A DNA stretch of 64,000 bases from Octopus sinensis (Eukaryota): positions 134,664,001 to 134,728,000 of the forward strand of contig NC_042997.1 in assembly GCF_006345805.1 (NCBI RefSeq), read 5' to 3'. Position numbers and translations under genes: made by a program. The notes beneath the pieces were generated by a model. It worked only from the letters and a program-made list of their open reading frames with translations, had not been told where the DNA came from and ran no database searches. Positions 1 through 12,885 of the stretch are shown piece by piece. Numbering within the stretch: position 1 is the first letter of the stretch; each line of letters opens with the position of its first letter.

Positions 1-141
1 GTCAGGATGCTGTATGTGCGCATGTGTGGATGTGTTTGTTCGCGTGTGTATATGTGTGCGTCTGTGTGTATATATGTTTGTTTGCGTGTGTGTATGTATG
101 CGGCTGTGTGTGTGAGCGTCTGTGTGTGTGCGTGTGTGTAC

Positions 142-183
<42 letters not shown>

Positions 184-195
184 GTGTGTGTCTAT
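1..195. repeat. (TG)n-type microsatellite
   Basis: Degenerate GT/TG dinucleotide run; source of the spurious VCVC ORFs. Confidence 0.95.
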
Positions 196-2960
196 TCTGT
201 ATTTCATGTAGTTTGTTCTTAGTGCTTGCTCTTGGGCAGCACAGATTAGAGCCTCCGTTTCCGGTTTTAAATCACTTTTAGTCATCCACAGCCACCTTTT
301 TCTCTGTCTGTCTTATCTTCAACATCCCTATGAAATTTACCCTGCATTCTTTTCTTTGCCTACCTATTTTTAGTTTCATTCGTTTTCAATTTCTTGTATA
401 TTGCTTTACTTTTGCAATCTTTCACTCTACACAAGCCTGGCTTTCTTACTTCTAAAAATAGCGTTTCTGAGGTATTTTTTACATACCATGCTATGTTGTT
501 TTCTTCTCCTTTAATGCTGTGTTTGCATCCAATAAGTCCACTTCCCCCTCTTTTTCTTGATACATATATGTCTGTGTCACTTTTTGGGTTGAGCGACCTA
601 CATCTAGTTAGCAACTTACATGTCTTTCTGTCTAAGCTGTTTAGTTTTTTTACTGTCCATGCGATTACCTCTGCTCCATATCTAAGGAATGAAACCGACC
701 AGGTGTTATTAGCTTCGATCTTATTCCGTCCTTTTAATTTCGACTTAAGGATCAGTCTCAGTCTGCGCAGGTACTCCACCTTAAATCGTTCTGTCATTTT
801 ATCCATTTCCAAAATTCCCAAGCACTTATAGCCCGTCTCTTCTATCTGCTTCATAACCTCCCCTGACGGTATCATGAGCCCGTCCATACATTTGATTTTG
901 CCTTTCTTCAAGACTAACACACCACACTTTCTCAGTTCAAACTCCATTCGGATATCAGCACTGAAGGTATACACCGTATCAACGAAGGAACTGACTTGGG
1001 CTTCATCCTCACCATAAAGTTTGAGATCATCCACGAATAACAAATGGCTGACTTTTTGTTGGCGGCTTTTGAAACATACCCAGCATTTGCTTTCCTCAAG
1101 ATCAGTGTTAATGTCATCAAGCACAGTACAAAGATCAGTGGGGACAGGCAGTCCCCTTGGAAGATGCTCCTCCTAATTTCTACTCCCCGTAAACTTCTTC
1201 CGTATGCTGTCAGGTTCATCCTCCGATTCGTCATACTTTTTCCAAGCAATCGCTCAACATTCGATGCAATACCAAATAGGTTCATACACTCCATAATTCA
1301 AGAATTTGGGATCATATCGTACACCTTACGATAGACGATCCATGACATGGCTAAGTTAGCTTTCCTCCTCTTGCAGTCTCTGAGTACAGTTTTGTCTGTC
1401 AGGTGTTGATCCTTGATACCTCTGCACTGACGCTTGCAACCCTTCTGCTCATGTGGCAGGACTCCATTTTCTTTCAGAAGCTCGTACATTAACTCTGCGA
1501 GTATTCCAGTCGACAACTTCCCCATAAGTGGCAAATAGGATATCGGCATATAATTGTCTACCCTATTGCCTTTTCCGATGTATTTCAGGCACAGCACTGT
1601 CCTACTCAATGTCAACTACTCTGGTATTATTTGGTCGGTATTTAACTAGGTATTGAGTTGCGCAGCTATTCGTGCATGACATTCACCAAAGCCAGTAGCC
1701 TTCAACTCCATCTGGTCCCGGGGCCTTCCAGCTGCTCACTTTTTGCCTATTTTCTTCACTTCCCTAACTGAAATGACTAGTTCTACATGCTTTGGATAGA
1801 ATACTGTTTGCTTCAGTTCTTGCAACCATTCAGCATCCTTCTTGCTCCATCCTCGTCATTGCTCCATATGTCATTCCAAAACCTTTGACTTTCAATGTTA
1901 TCTGGTATCAACTTCCCATCTGTACACTTTCCATGAATTTCTTTATAGAATCTCCTGAGATCTACTCTGAATAACCTCTTCTGATGACAAACCTTCATTC
2001 TTTAGTCGGATCTTACCATCTTTGATTTCTTTGCAACGAAGCGTTGTTTCAGTTCCTCCATTACTACTTTCAAGCCCTTTCTTTCAATATTATACTTCCT
2101 TTTCAGCGCCCTGTATTTTTGTTCGCTTTTCAGCTCTCCTTTCTCTTTTCTGTCTAACACAGAGATTTCCTTCGAGAGAATGTCTAACCCGGCCTGGATT
2201 CTTCTTTTCCACCATGGATCTTTCCTTTTTTTCTTTTTTCACTCCCATTATGTTTCTTTTTCTTGACATCGACATCCACATTTTCTGCTACAACAATACT
2301 TGCTGCCTTGATCAAATTATTTGTTTCTGTGATTTCAGAAGTTCATTGAAATGTTTCGTTTCTTGGTTCAATTTCCATCGATCAACCTTTTTAAGGTTGC
2401 AAATAATGTCGCTATCGTTCTCCTGTAATCTTAACTTTATCCTGTCGTAGATTGCCTTTTGCTCATCTGTCATGTCGCTATTAGTTTTATTGTCTTCTTT
2501 TAGATCATCTATATGTCTCTCATCAAGTAAACTGCCACTGCTCCTTTCCTGTGCTATGATATTACTCTTATTAGTAAGAACTGTATTTTCATTGTTATCT
2601 CTGCTGCTATTTTCCATGACCGTCTTTTGATAGCTTTGAACTCTGTTTCTGTGAACCAACATTTTTTTCTTATTACTCTAGCTTGATCACATAGTCTCTG
2701 TTCCGTGAGTTGAAAGAATACCATTTCTCTCCAATGATCATACATACATTGTCGGTAACCCCTAATTTGAGCACCATTTTCATCTACCAGGCTGCTCAGG
2801 TAGTAATACTCTATGACCCCAGCATTAGTTTCTATGCAATGAGTGGTGGTCCCTTTCTGGATATCGACAGGCTGAAGTCGGATCAGAATCTCTGAGCCTA
2901 ACGGATGTAACACTCTCACCATCATTGGCTCCAGTTTCATTACCGCAGTTATTCGCAATA
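195..2960 (-). mobile_element. Degenerate R4/Dong-clade non-LTR retrotransposon (RT region, multiple frameshifts)
   Basis: Minus-strand ORF pieces carry RT motifs [61 protein letters not shown] and YVSRKRGGSGL. Upstream TEQRLCDQARVIRKK and downstream [15 protein letters not shown] are typical of R4/Dong ORFs. Confidence 0.85.
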
Positions 2961-3111
2961 TGTTGCTCTTTCATTATCACTCATATGAGGTAGCGATTAT
3001 CAGGTTTGCCAATTACCAGTGCTTTTATTGTGACACCATCACTAGATGTATCATTAATCAGTTCATATGGAGGCTCCACCCGTTTCCTTTCATTAGTATC
3101 ATTATCCTCAT

Positions 3112-3335
3112 CACGCAGCGAGTTGGCAGAAACGTTAGCACGCCGGGCGAAATGCGTAGCCGCATTTCGTCTGCCGTTACGTTGTGAGTTCACATTCCGC
3201 CGAGGTTGACTTTGCCTTTCATCCTTTCGGGGTCGATAAATTAAGTACCAGTTACGCACTGGGGTCTATGTAATTAACTTAATCCCTTTGTCTGTCCTCT
3301 TTATGTTTAGCCCCTTGTGGGCAATAAAGAAATAT
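3112..3335 (+). mobile_element. Abundant octopus-type SINE
   Basis: Block gagttggcagaaacgttagcacgccgggcgaaatg...ctttgcctttcatcctttcggggtcgataaattaagtacc recurs more than 10 times in the window. Confidence 0.8.
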
Positions 3336-3548
3336 ATCCTCATCACTGATATTCTTGTTTTTATGTGTAGTAGCAGCAATGGTTACAGCAGGGGTTGGGT
3401 AGTGGTAAGGGTGGTAGTTGGGCCTCAGAATCCTGTGCTATCATAATAGTAGTAGCTGTAGTATTATTGTAATATTAGTAGTATTTAGTATTAGCAACAG
3501 CAGTATATTATTTGTATTTTCATCATTATCACCATCACCAACATGTCC

Positions 3549-3617
<69 letters not shown>

Positions 3618-4099
3618 GAGTGAGAGAGCAGTTCATGCCATCAAAGTGACACTGGGGTAAAATATACAAAGCCCAATATACCCATCGTGACTACCCGTCT
3701 TATAAGGGTACACCAGGCACATGCATCACAACCATATGTGCGCGACATGGTGATCTCATATCAAGATAAACAGCACATGACCTTGCAGGTGGGGCCCAGT
3801 TAGAATTTTCTTCAGGTTGAGTAGCCCATCCCGCTCAAAAGGTCCCTGAATAAGGGTTGTTTAAGTATGTTGAAAGAACCACCCATGTTACCAGAGGTGA
3901 ATTATTCAAACCCCAAAGAATCCCTCTCAACACATGGCTATGATGCTCCCCCACTACTTCTGTTCGTGATCAGAGATGCACATATCGTCAGCCACTAAGG
4001 GACATACTCAACTGGTTAAGGTCAAACAACTGACAAGCAAACCTGTGGTATTGAGCAGAATATTTGCTGTAGCCCATCTTTTATACCAAGACAAAACAA

Positions 4100-4100
<1 letters not shown>
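3618..4100 (-). mobile_element. ~480-bp non-coding retroposon-like insert embedded in a (TTA)n microsatellite
   Basis: Complex GC-richer sequence with long (TTA)n runs on both sides; on the minus strand it ends ...ctctcactc(AAT)n. Confidence 0.55.
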
Positions 4101-4181
<81 letters not shown>

Positions 4182-4429
4182 TTATAGATATATATAAAAT
4201 TTAAAATGTTTCTTCTTGTTATAAACGGAAACGACAAAACATTCGCAGCATAACTAAGGATTTTTATGGCAAAACTGAGAGTGCCGTCAAAGGTTTTAAG
4301 CAACAGGGAAATTGAAAAGAACAACGTGGGCCTTTCGCAAGTGTTCCACATTTAAGTCTTGCAACAATTGAAAAACACATAATTTACCTATGAACAGCAA
4401 CAGTTCCTGAACGCCAAAAAGTATTAGCT

Positions 4430-4700
4430 TTCACCTTACACGCTCTGACCTGTAATTAAGTAACAAAGTAAGTTAACAACTGACCTTGTTGACTGCGGAA
4501 TTCAAGCAAGTGTCTACTGCCACTCCTACTTTCTATATTATACTCCGCTTTCATTTCCCACGCATTGTTGTACTCTTGCAGGAATATCGATTGCTGGCTG
4601 TAAGTCTTCTCAATAAGTGGGACGTAGATTAGATTTTGTCATGATATTACTTTTGTATTTCTATAACAGCATATAATCTTAAAATAAGGAAACATTATTG
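4430..4700 (+). pseudogene. Orphan paralog of the IL17-like gene A promoter/first exon
   Basis: 4526-4557 matches 12843-12874 at 30/32 nt and is followed by a GTAAGT donor at 4600. The ATG position reads AGG and I see no IL-17 second exon nearby. Confidence 0.5.
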
Positions 4701-4744
4701 GACGCAAATTGATATACATGTATAAAAAAATAAATGTTCCTTCC

Positions 4745-4990
4745 TTCACGAGCCATGCCAGGCTCATAAGGGCCGGTTTCCCGGTTTCAGTGCCATAGAA
4801 ATTCCCCACCTGGACAGGACGCCGGTCCGTCGCAGGATTACTCATTTTTGCCAGCTGAGTGGACTGGAGCAACGTGAAGATGAAGTGTTTTGCTCAAGAA
4901 CACAACTTATCGCTCGGTCCAGGAATCGAAACAACAACCTTACGATCATGAGTTCAACACCCTAACCACTAAGCCACGCGCCTCCACTAT
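4745..4990 (-). mobile_element. tRNA-derived SINE with a V-domain-like core
   Basis: Minus strand: A box (ggcttagtggttagg), B box (gtttcgattcc) and ctgcgacggaccggcgtcctgtccagg, which resembles the V-SINE core. Confidence 0.6.
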
Positions 4991-5639
4991 ACATGTATGT
5001 AGTTAGTTATTTTTCTTGAATTTGTTTAACAGTATTAACAGGCCATGAGCTGGCAGTGGATATTGAAATAATTAAACACGCAGAAGAATTCTACATTATG
5101 GCAATGAGAAATTTACATAGAAATAAAATCTAAAACACTTCATTTGTATACACACACACACATACATGCATACATATACATATGTGTGTGTGTGTTTATG
5201 GATAATGTATATTTATAATTATATCATGTAAAAATGCTTTATGTAAATGTGTGAGTATATGTATATGCGTTTGTATATACGGCACACTCACACTCACACT
5301 CTAGAACGCATTTAATGTAACTTTTTAACTACATACACATGTATATATAAAAATTACTCACACATAAATGTATGGAGATGTACTGGTAGGTTTCAAATTG
5401 CTCTAAAATAACAGGGGTTATAATAGAAAAACTCACTGAGTATTCAATGCCCCTTTTTGAATATATACTTGATGTACATTGTTAAGGAATCCGAAATTTA
5501 TTCCATCAACGATACGGAAATCACATCTAATTTGCTGATATATTGACAAGACTCTGTGAGTGTGTGTGTGGGTGTTTGGGTAGCAAATGAATATGCCTGT
5601 ATTTGTCTTCTATATGTGTTTGGTCGGTACAGTTATGAT

Positions 5640-6720
5640 TACATAGTCCTCCGGCTAAATTTCACAGTTGGCATAAAACGGAAACAATATCCCATACAAA
5701 AATAAAAGTATTAAAAAATTTGTTTTTAAATATCAACTTGATTATGGCTGGGAGATAACATTTTACTCAGAATAGCCGCTTTCAGCTTCCACCACGGACT
5801 AAAGACTGCTCCGGAATTCGGCGATCGAACATCTCTTACATCTTGGCCACCAACTCGGCGTTTGTGTTGTAGATACAGCGGTTGGTATTTTTTTCTGAAC
5901 TGCACCATACGGATAGTAAATCATGGGATTGTAACTGGAGGAATTAGGATGGCAGAAATTGGAGCTGATTAAATCGTAGGATTTCTCCGACAACTACTTC
6001 AAACTTTTTCCAGAAGTATGGCAAGGAACCGAATTCTGGTGCCAGGCATATGGCCTCCCAGTAGAAACCTTTCAACACCCCCGTCTGACCTTTCAATACC
6101 TCCGTCTGAAGGAAGTCTTCACGAAGTAGCTGGATGAAAGAACCGAAGTAGCCCTCTCGAAGGCAGACTTCACAGACATGATACGCTTCCGTAGTGGTCA
6201 TCATCCGGCACTCAGGCAGTGGCAAAAGATGGCAGGACGCAGCGACACAGATCAATGCAGACTCTGTAACGAGGTGGTGGAATCTGCAGAACATTTCTGG
6301 CTGAGATGTCTGACCCTGATGGTGGAACGCTATATCCGCCAACTAGGGGCTACAACGGATGAGATGATTCGTCTCCCTTCCGCGACTCTAGCGCTTCTGA
6401 GAGTTATCCTCAGGCGCTTGAGGTGACCAACAACAACAACAATAACAGCTGCAGCAACCCTCTCAAGGTTTGACTACAGTCTCCAGCGGCTTCACGTAGC
6501 CGTCTAAATTGATCTTAATGCCCTATCTACCTATGTGGGGTGACATGCCGTCACTCTCACTGGAGTCGCATCGAAATATCATCACAGTTTGTGGGAACTT
6601 GGTTTTCATGAAGCCCATGTTTGTCTTACAGCTTTCACAGAGCATTTTGAGGTAGTCATGATGTAGGCATTTTGATATTCGGTGCGAATCATCATGATAC
6701 AGTTTTTTTTTGTATGTAAG
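5640..6720 (-). mobile_element. Tc1/mariner transposase remnant interrupted by a LINE fragment
   Basis: Motifs MKTKFPQTVMIF, RPYAWHQ..PCHTSGKS..WLSE and (W)PPNS..NPM(D)YY; homologous copy at 34500-35090. Confidence 0.7.
6077..6447 (+). mobile_element. 3' end of an I/R1-type LINE with a (CAA)n tail
   Basis: C-terminal zinc motif CRLCNEVVESAEHFWLRC, stop at 6426, then caacaacaacaacaat. Confidence 0.65.
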
Positions 6721-6779
6721 CATATGGATATGAAAATAAACAGATCAGCATACAGACGGATAGGCACATAGGTTATAAG

Positions 6780-7200
6780 AACAGACAAGCACACATACGC
6801 AAATGGTGATTGAAATACATGACCATATATACACACACACTTTACTCCACACAAGGACTCATATGGAGACACATATAGAGAAGCACATACATACATACAA
6901 ACATGGTACATAGATGCAACACACATACACACACAGACATGCACACACAAGGAGACAGAGGTACATACATATACAAACACACGCTCACACACACACGTAC
7001 ATAGAAAATATACAAACACGGACATGCAAGCACACGAATATGCAGAATACATACATACAGATGCACACACATACATATATACATATGCATACGCACACAT
7101 ATACATACACACATGCATACATACATACATGCATACATACATACATACATACATACATACATACATACATACATACATACATACACACACACACATGCAT
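6780..7200. repeat. Compound (CA)n/(CATA)n microsatellite
   Basis: Direct reading of the sequence. Confidence 0.9.
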
Positions 7201-7254
7201 ACGCTTTTGGTCGCCTTGAAAAGATCCTAAAAACGGCTTGAATTGAATGTAACT

Positions 7255-7900
7255 CTCATGTCGTTAGTACTGGACCAACGGGTTTTACTTCTCCGTATAG
7301 GTTGAAAAGGCGTTTCTTTCCGAAGTTTACCCGCAAGTTTTAATGATTTTAGTTTGCCGATCAACATATTAATTTTATCAAGCAGAACTTTTTGCTTGTC
7401 TAGATATTAGCAGAAACAGCTAGATCGAATTTATGAGAGGCACATCCAATCAATGGTATTCTACAGAAATTCGCTATAGATTTGTTCACTTCGGTATTAC
7501 CTCCGGTAATAGCTACAACATTTTCTAAATTTTTGTTATAAACACTTAACACATACTCTATAAATTCGACATAATAAGATTCAGTGAATGATGTCTCACT
7601 TACCATTGGCGTAAATGCCAGCAAAACAGTACAATAGTCATTTTTGTAATTGTACAAAAAAAGTGCAAAAGGTCTAACGAAATGCGTCGAACTTTAGTCC
7701 AACCGGCGATTACCAACGACAATTTACTTGGAATTCATCAGATATTTTCTTTTCCACCTCTTGAGTAAGTCTCTCCATGTATTTCTTTAGGGTCACATTT
7801 GTCATACTTCCCAAGTTTGTATACTTACGAGTCAGTGGGTCTTTAGTAAAGAAAAGTGGTTTTGAAACAACACATATCAACTCAATCTAACCGTAAACGT
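7255..7900 (-). mobile_element. hAT-type DNA transposase remnant
   Basis: Pieces LTRKYTNL..TLKKYMERLTQEVEKKI, NKSIANFCRIPLIGCASHKFDLAV and KTRWSST match hAT core motifs (CxxH, RW). Confidence 0.7.
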
Positions 7901-8854
7901 TTAAGGAACCTCGATGAAGATGGTTGTCCTGGTGCTTGTGTAGTAGAATACTCTGGATGCTGGTTTTTTTTATATCATTCATAAGATTTGTCCATCCAGT
8001 TCCATTTTTGTGGGTCGACTTTTTCCAACACCTGCCTTTCCATACATGTTCACTGTCTATTTGGTCAAAATATTTTCGACGATTTGCTCGTTTTCATGCA
8101 GCATGGGTTAGTTTAAAATAAAAGCGATTTCGACACTCCACTGGTGAAAGTCTTGTAACGGGTGCGATGTTGAAGAAGGGGAGGATGATGTGAATGTCGA
8201 TGTGCTGGATTTCAAGGAAATAAAGACAGTGGACGAAGTTGATGTTGACTCCAAATTTTATTTACCGTTACTTCTTATGCACAGACAAGCCACGACCGGC
8301 AGGCGTGTATAAAATAATCGAGAGTCAATTTTTCTTTGTATGAGAGTATATAATGTTCCTATCGTTGTCGTAGCCCGAAAGAGATAGACAGAGTGATGTT
8401 TGTTAGAACGGCGCTTGTGAACAAGTGAAAGACAGGTGTGGAAAGTTGTATGGTGAAATATCATAGCCGCCGATCGCCACGCGGGAACGTTTTTACTCTC
8501 CCTCTGTCATTTTGCCTCTAGTAGTCTGCTTAAAACTGATTGTATTTATAAGTATGCAGACCAGCTAGAAAAGAAGATATACTGTTCTAACAATGGTTAA
8601 ATTAATGTAGGTCATTCATTATCTATCTCATCTTTTCATGGCATAGAAAAGATAGAGAGCCAAGTGGAAATCACATAAATCTGTGTTCCTCCTAGCCGTA
8701 TGGTGAGGGAGAATTTCTAGATTCGATTTCGAATCTCAGGTAGGACCGATCGAGGTCTCCTCAGTCTCTACAGTCAGATTCAGCTAATATGTTGGAGCGG
8801 AATACAAGATATAACCGCGCTGTAGGCGATGTTACGATTTAATGACTTGAAGAC

Positions 8855-9175
8855 AGAGTGTGCAATTCATTCTTGGCAGTCAGAATTAAGAATCACTCCA
8901 CAGTAATTATTTGACAACATACACAATAGCCAATTCCTAAACACGACAGAATGTGTGAATCATTCTCGGTAGTCCTAACCAAGTGTCAACACTCGACAGC
9001 GGTTATATGACAAAATACACAATAGCCAATTTTCAAGTATGATAGAATGTGTATCATTCTCAGCAGTCTGAATCAAGCATCAACACTTGACAACATACAT
9101 AATAGTCGATTCCAAAGCACGACAGAATATGAATCATTCTCAGCAGTCAGAAGAAAGCGTCAATACAATTCCTCA
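8855..9175. repeat. Degenerate minisatellite, ~80-90 bp unit, ~4 copies
   Basis: Recurring ...gacaacatacacaatagccaattc...acgacagaat...aatcattctc(a/g)gcagtc. Confidence 0.7.
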
Positions 9176-10204
9176 AATCATAAGAGAACGATGTATTTGC
9201 TAATTGAACGTGGAATGAAGTATGAACTATTTGAAATGTTGCAACTAACTGCAATTAAATGCAATTGATATGATAGCAAATATTATTTAATTGGCAGTAC
9301 GACTCCAATCAGATAATTGGACAAATATTGCAATTAATTTTTTTCACCAACTAATTTTTTCTACATCCCATGGTTGGAGGGAATATTATGAATTTAAAAT
9401 ATTCAAATTACGGAAGGTAATGATTATCCCCATATTATCTCTAAGTAAGGAAAGAACAACAATGAAAACCTACCCACAGCTAATAGATTTAACAGGTGAT
9501 TCACTCTAATAATAATGAAGCTTTAGATATGTCCTGGTTTCCTTGACCTTTTATGTAGTTATGCAGCTTTCAGCAATTGAATTCGTTTCCGATAAGTGAT
9601 ACAATATCATCGGATTTATTATTTTACCGGAAGAATATTATTCCGTAGTTTAGTTTGTTCCTCCTTAATATATTTATGAGTTTTAATTATTTCATGCATT
9701 ACGATTTATCATTGGTTATTTCACTACATGTGATTAATATCATATATAAGCCATTTCAAAGTAGACAGTTTCATTAAGAATTAATATTTCATTAAAAACG
9801 AATATTACGGACTCATACTTTATTTGAAAAACTGTACTTAAATCTAAAGTTCTCATCAACTCAACAAGAATCATAATGGACCTAACTAAAGTAAGTGATA
9901 ATACATTAATGATATTATATGACATTTTTATATGTTTTACTTATTTCTGTCTGTCTACATACACGAATATATTTATTTTTAAATGACGTTGAAAAAAGTC
10001 ATCGTGTTTTAACTATATTGCATGAAATGTTCCAATATACATAAAGAAGCACCTATTCAAGATCAACTGTGGTTGTTTGCTTGCTTCATGTAGGTGATGG
10101 AGTTTTAACGAAATATTTCATTTGCATATTGGAAAACATCTTCATTCAAATTTTTCTTAGTTACAAAATAATCAGGAAGAAGCGGTATTATATAAATGTA
10201 ATAT

Positions 10205-12150
10205 GGAGAATATATAAGGTAACAAGCTGTCGGAGTCGTAAGTACACCGGGCAAAATGCTTAGCGGCATTTCGTCCGTTTTTACGTTCTGAGTTCGAATT
10301 CCGCCGAGGTCCATTTTGCCTTTCATCCTTTTGGGATAAGTACCAGTTGAACACTGGGATCGATGTAATCGATTAACCTAACCCAAAACTGCCAGCCTTG
10401 AGCCAAAATTTGAAACCAATATGAAGAATATTTCTTAGTGCTTGAAAAGTCTTATCTATGGAGGAACGTCGGAAATATAATCTATGTACCTTTTCCTTTA
10501 CATTAATACAATCTTCAAAGCTCCTCAGCAAATCTCTAGATACATATCATATCCTTATGCTCATAACTGAGAAAATTGCATGAGGCGGGATTTGAACCAA
10601 CCAACGATAGTAAACAAAGCAGAGTAGCTACTCAGCTGAGTGATGTATTCGGAAAAAAATGTATTCCTAGCATTCATATTACACTTAGATTTATAAATCA
10701 ATTGTTTGAAAAATAATACAAACAATATAATAATTTTTGACAAAACATTATGATTTATATTTCGTTCCATAGTTTATTAGTGACACCTTTTAAGGTCTAT
10801 TTTTGTATCTATAATAGATTATGTCTCCGAATTCGTTCCATAGTTTATTTCTCATTTGCCCTAAGTCTAACATAAAATTTCGGAAGCTATGGAAATTTTG
10901 CATTGTACGATTAAGTTTTCATTTGATTATTTCGAAAAATTAAAACATAGAACACTATAATTTACTTTCTTTACATAAAAGAAAAGTAAAAAAACAAAAA
11001 ACAAAAACAAATCGGAAAATGTCCTCCATATTATTCCAAGAGTAATATTCTTTACTCTAGGCTCAAAGCCCGACATTTTTAGGAGGGGGCCAGTCGATTA
11101 GATTGACCTCAGGATGCAACTGCTACTCAATTTATCGACTCCAAAAGTCGACCTCGGCGGAATTAGAAATCAGAACGTAAAGACAGACGTGTTCCAAGGG
11201 TAATATTGTTTAAAGTGTAGGGCGGCGAGCTGGCAGAAACGTTAGCACGCCAGACGAAATGCTTAGCAGTATTTCGTCTGCCGCTACGTTCTGAGTTCAA
11301 ATTCCGCCGAGGTCTACTTTGCCTTTCATCCTTTCGGGGTCGATTAAATAAGTACCAGTTACGCACTGGGATCGATATAATGGACTTAATTCGTTTGTCT
11401 GTCCTTGTTTGTCCTCTCTGTGTTTAGCCCCTTGTGGGTAGTAAAGAAATAGGTATTTCGTCTATCTTTATGTTCTGAGTTCAAATTCCGCCGAGGTCGA
11501 CTTTGCCTTTCATCCTTTCGGGGTCGATTAAATAGTACGAATTGCGTTTTGGGGTCGATCTAATCGACTGGCTCCCTCCCCAAAAATTTAGGGCCTTGTG
11601 CCTAGAGTAGAAAAGAATCTTGTATATAGTGTTTTAAACAATACTCATTTAAAAAATAAAAATTACACGCATTTAAAAATTTCAATGAAAATAAACATTT
11701 TTTTCTTTGCTATAAGCGAATGAAGCTAAAAACTTTCATAGTATTCCTGCAGTATACACAATATTTCTACAGACGCTGGTGACACTGAGAATGGTGTTGA
11801 ATTTTTGTCGAGGGGGGCAGTCAATTAGATCGACCCCAGTACGCAAGTGGTACTTCATTTATCGACCCCGAAAAGATGAAAGGCAAATTTGTCAGGAACA
11901 TCGTGTTCATATATCCAATTCCTTTAATTACGGGATATAAAACAACTGAAATTTATAATTTACCTATAATAAGATGCAGGCGCGGATATGTGGTAAGAAG
12001 CTTGCTTCCCAACCACATAGTTTTGGGTTTGGTTTCATTGCGTGAAATCTCAGGCGAGTGCACTCTTCTATAGCCCCGGACCGACAAAATCCTTGTGAGT
12101 AGATTTCGTAGATGGAAACTGAAAGAAGCCCGTTGTATGTGTATATATGA
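10205..12150. mobile_element. Cluster of SINE copies and fragments in both orientations
   Basis: Copies at about 10205-10420, 11040-11165, 11220-11620, 11790-11900 and 11975-12145. Confidence 0.7.
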
Positions 12151-12254
12151 ATCAATATAAACAGTTAGACGCAACATAATACCATACAGATTGTGATTGA
12201 AGGTGACGAAACGTGTGTTTGTCTTTGTATCAATGTTTGTCTCCAATCAATATT

Positions 12255-12620
<366 letters not shown>

Positions 12621-12774
12621 TGTTATAAAGTGCCGGGGTCGAGTCATTCGACTAAAATGCTTTCGAGGCGACGCTCCAGCATGGCCGCCGTCTAATGACT
12701 GAAACAAGTAAAAGATAAAAGATAATCCTTGAAAAGTAGAGCGTGTCAGCTTTTATCCTGTACACCCTCACCAG

Positions 12775-12782
12775 TATATAAA
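12775..12782 (+). promoter_or_regulatory. Candidate TATA box of IL17-like gene A
   Basis: gTATATAAAt about 105 nt upstream of ATG 12886 and 130 nt upstream of donor GTAAGC at 12911. Confidence 0.5.
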
Positions 12783-12885
12783 TTAAGTAATAAAGCAAGT
12801 GACTATGTTGACCTAGGATATCAATCGTGACTACTGCTGCACCTACTTTCTATACTATACTCCGCTTTAATTTCACTCATGTTGC

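Noticed and set aside
8855-9175. Regular repeats superficially like a CRISPR array
   Set aside because: Eukaryotic context, degenerate full-length units with no unique spacers, and no cas genes.
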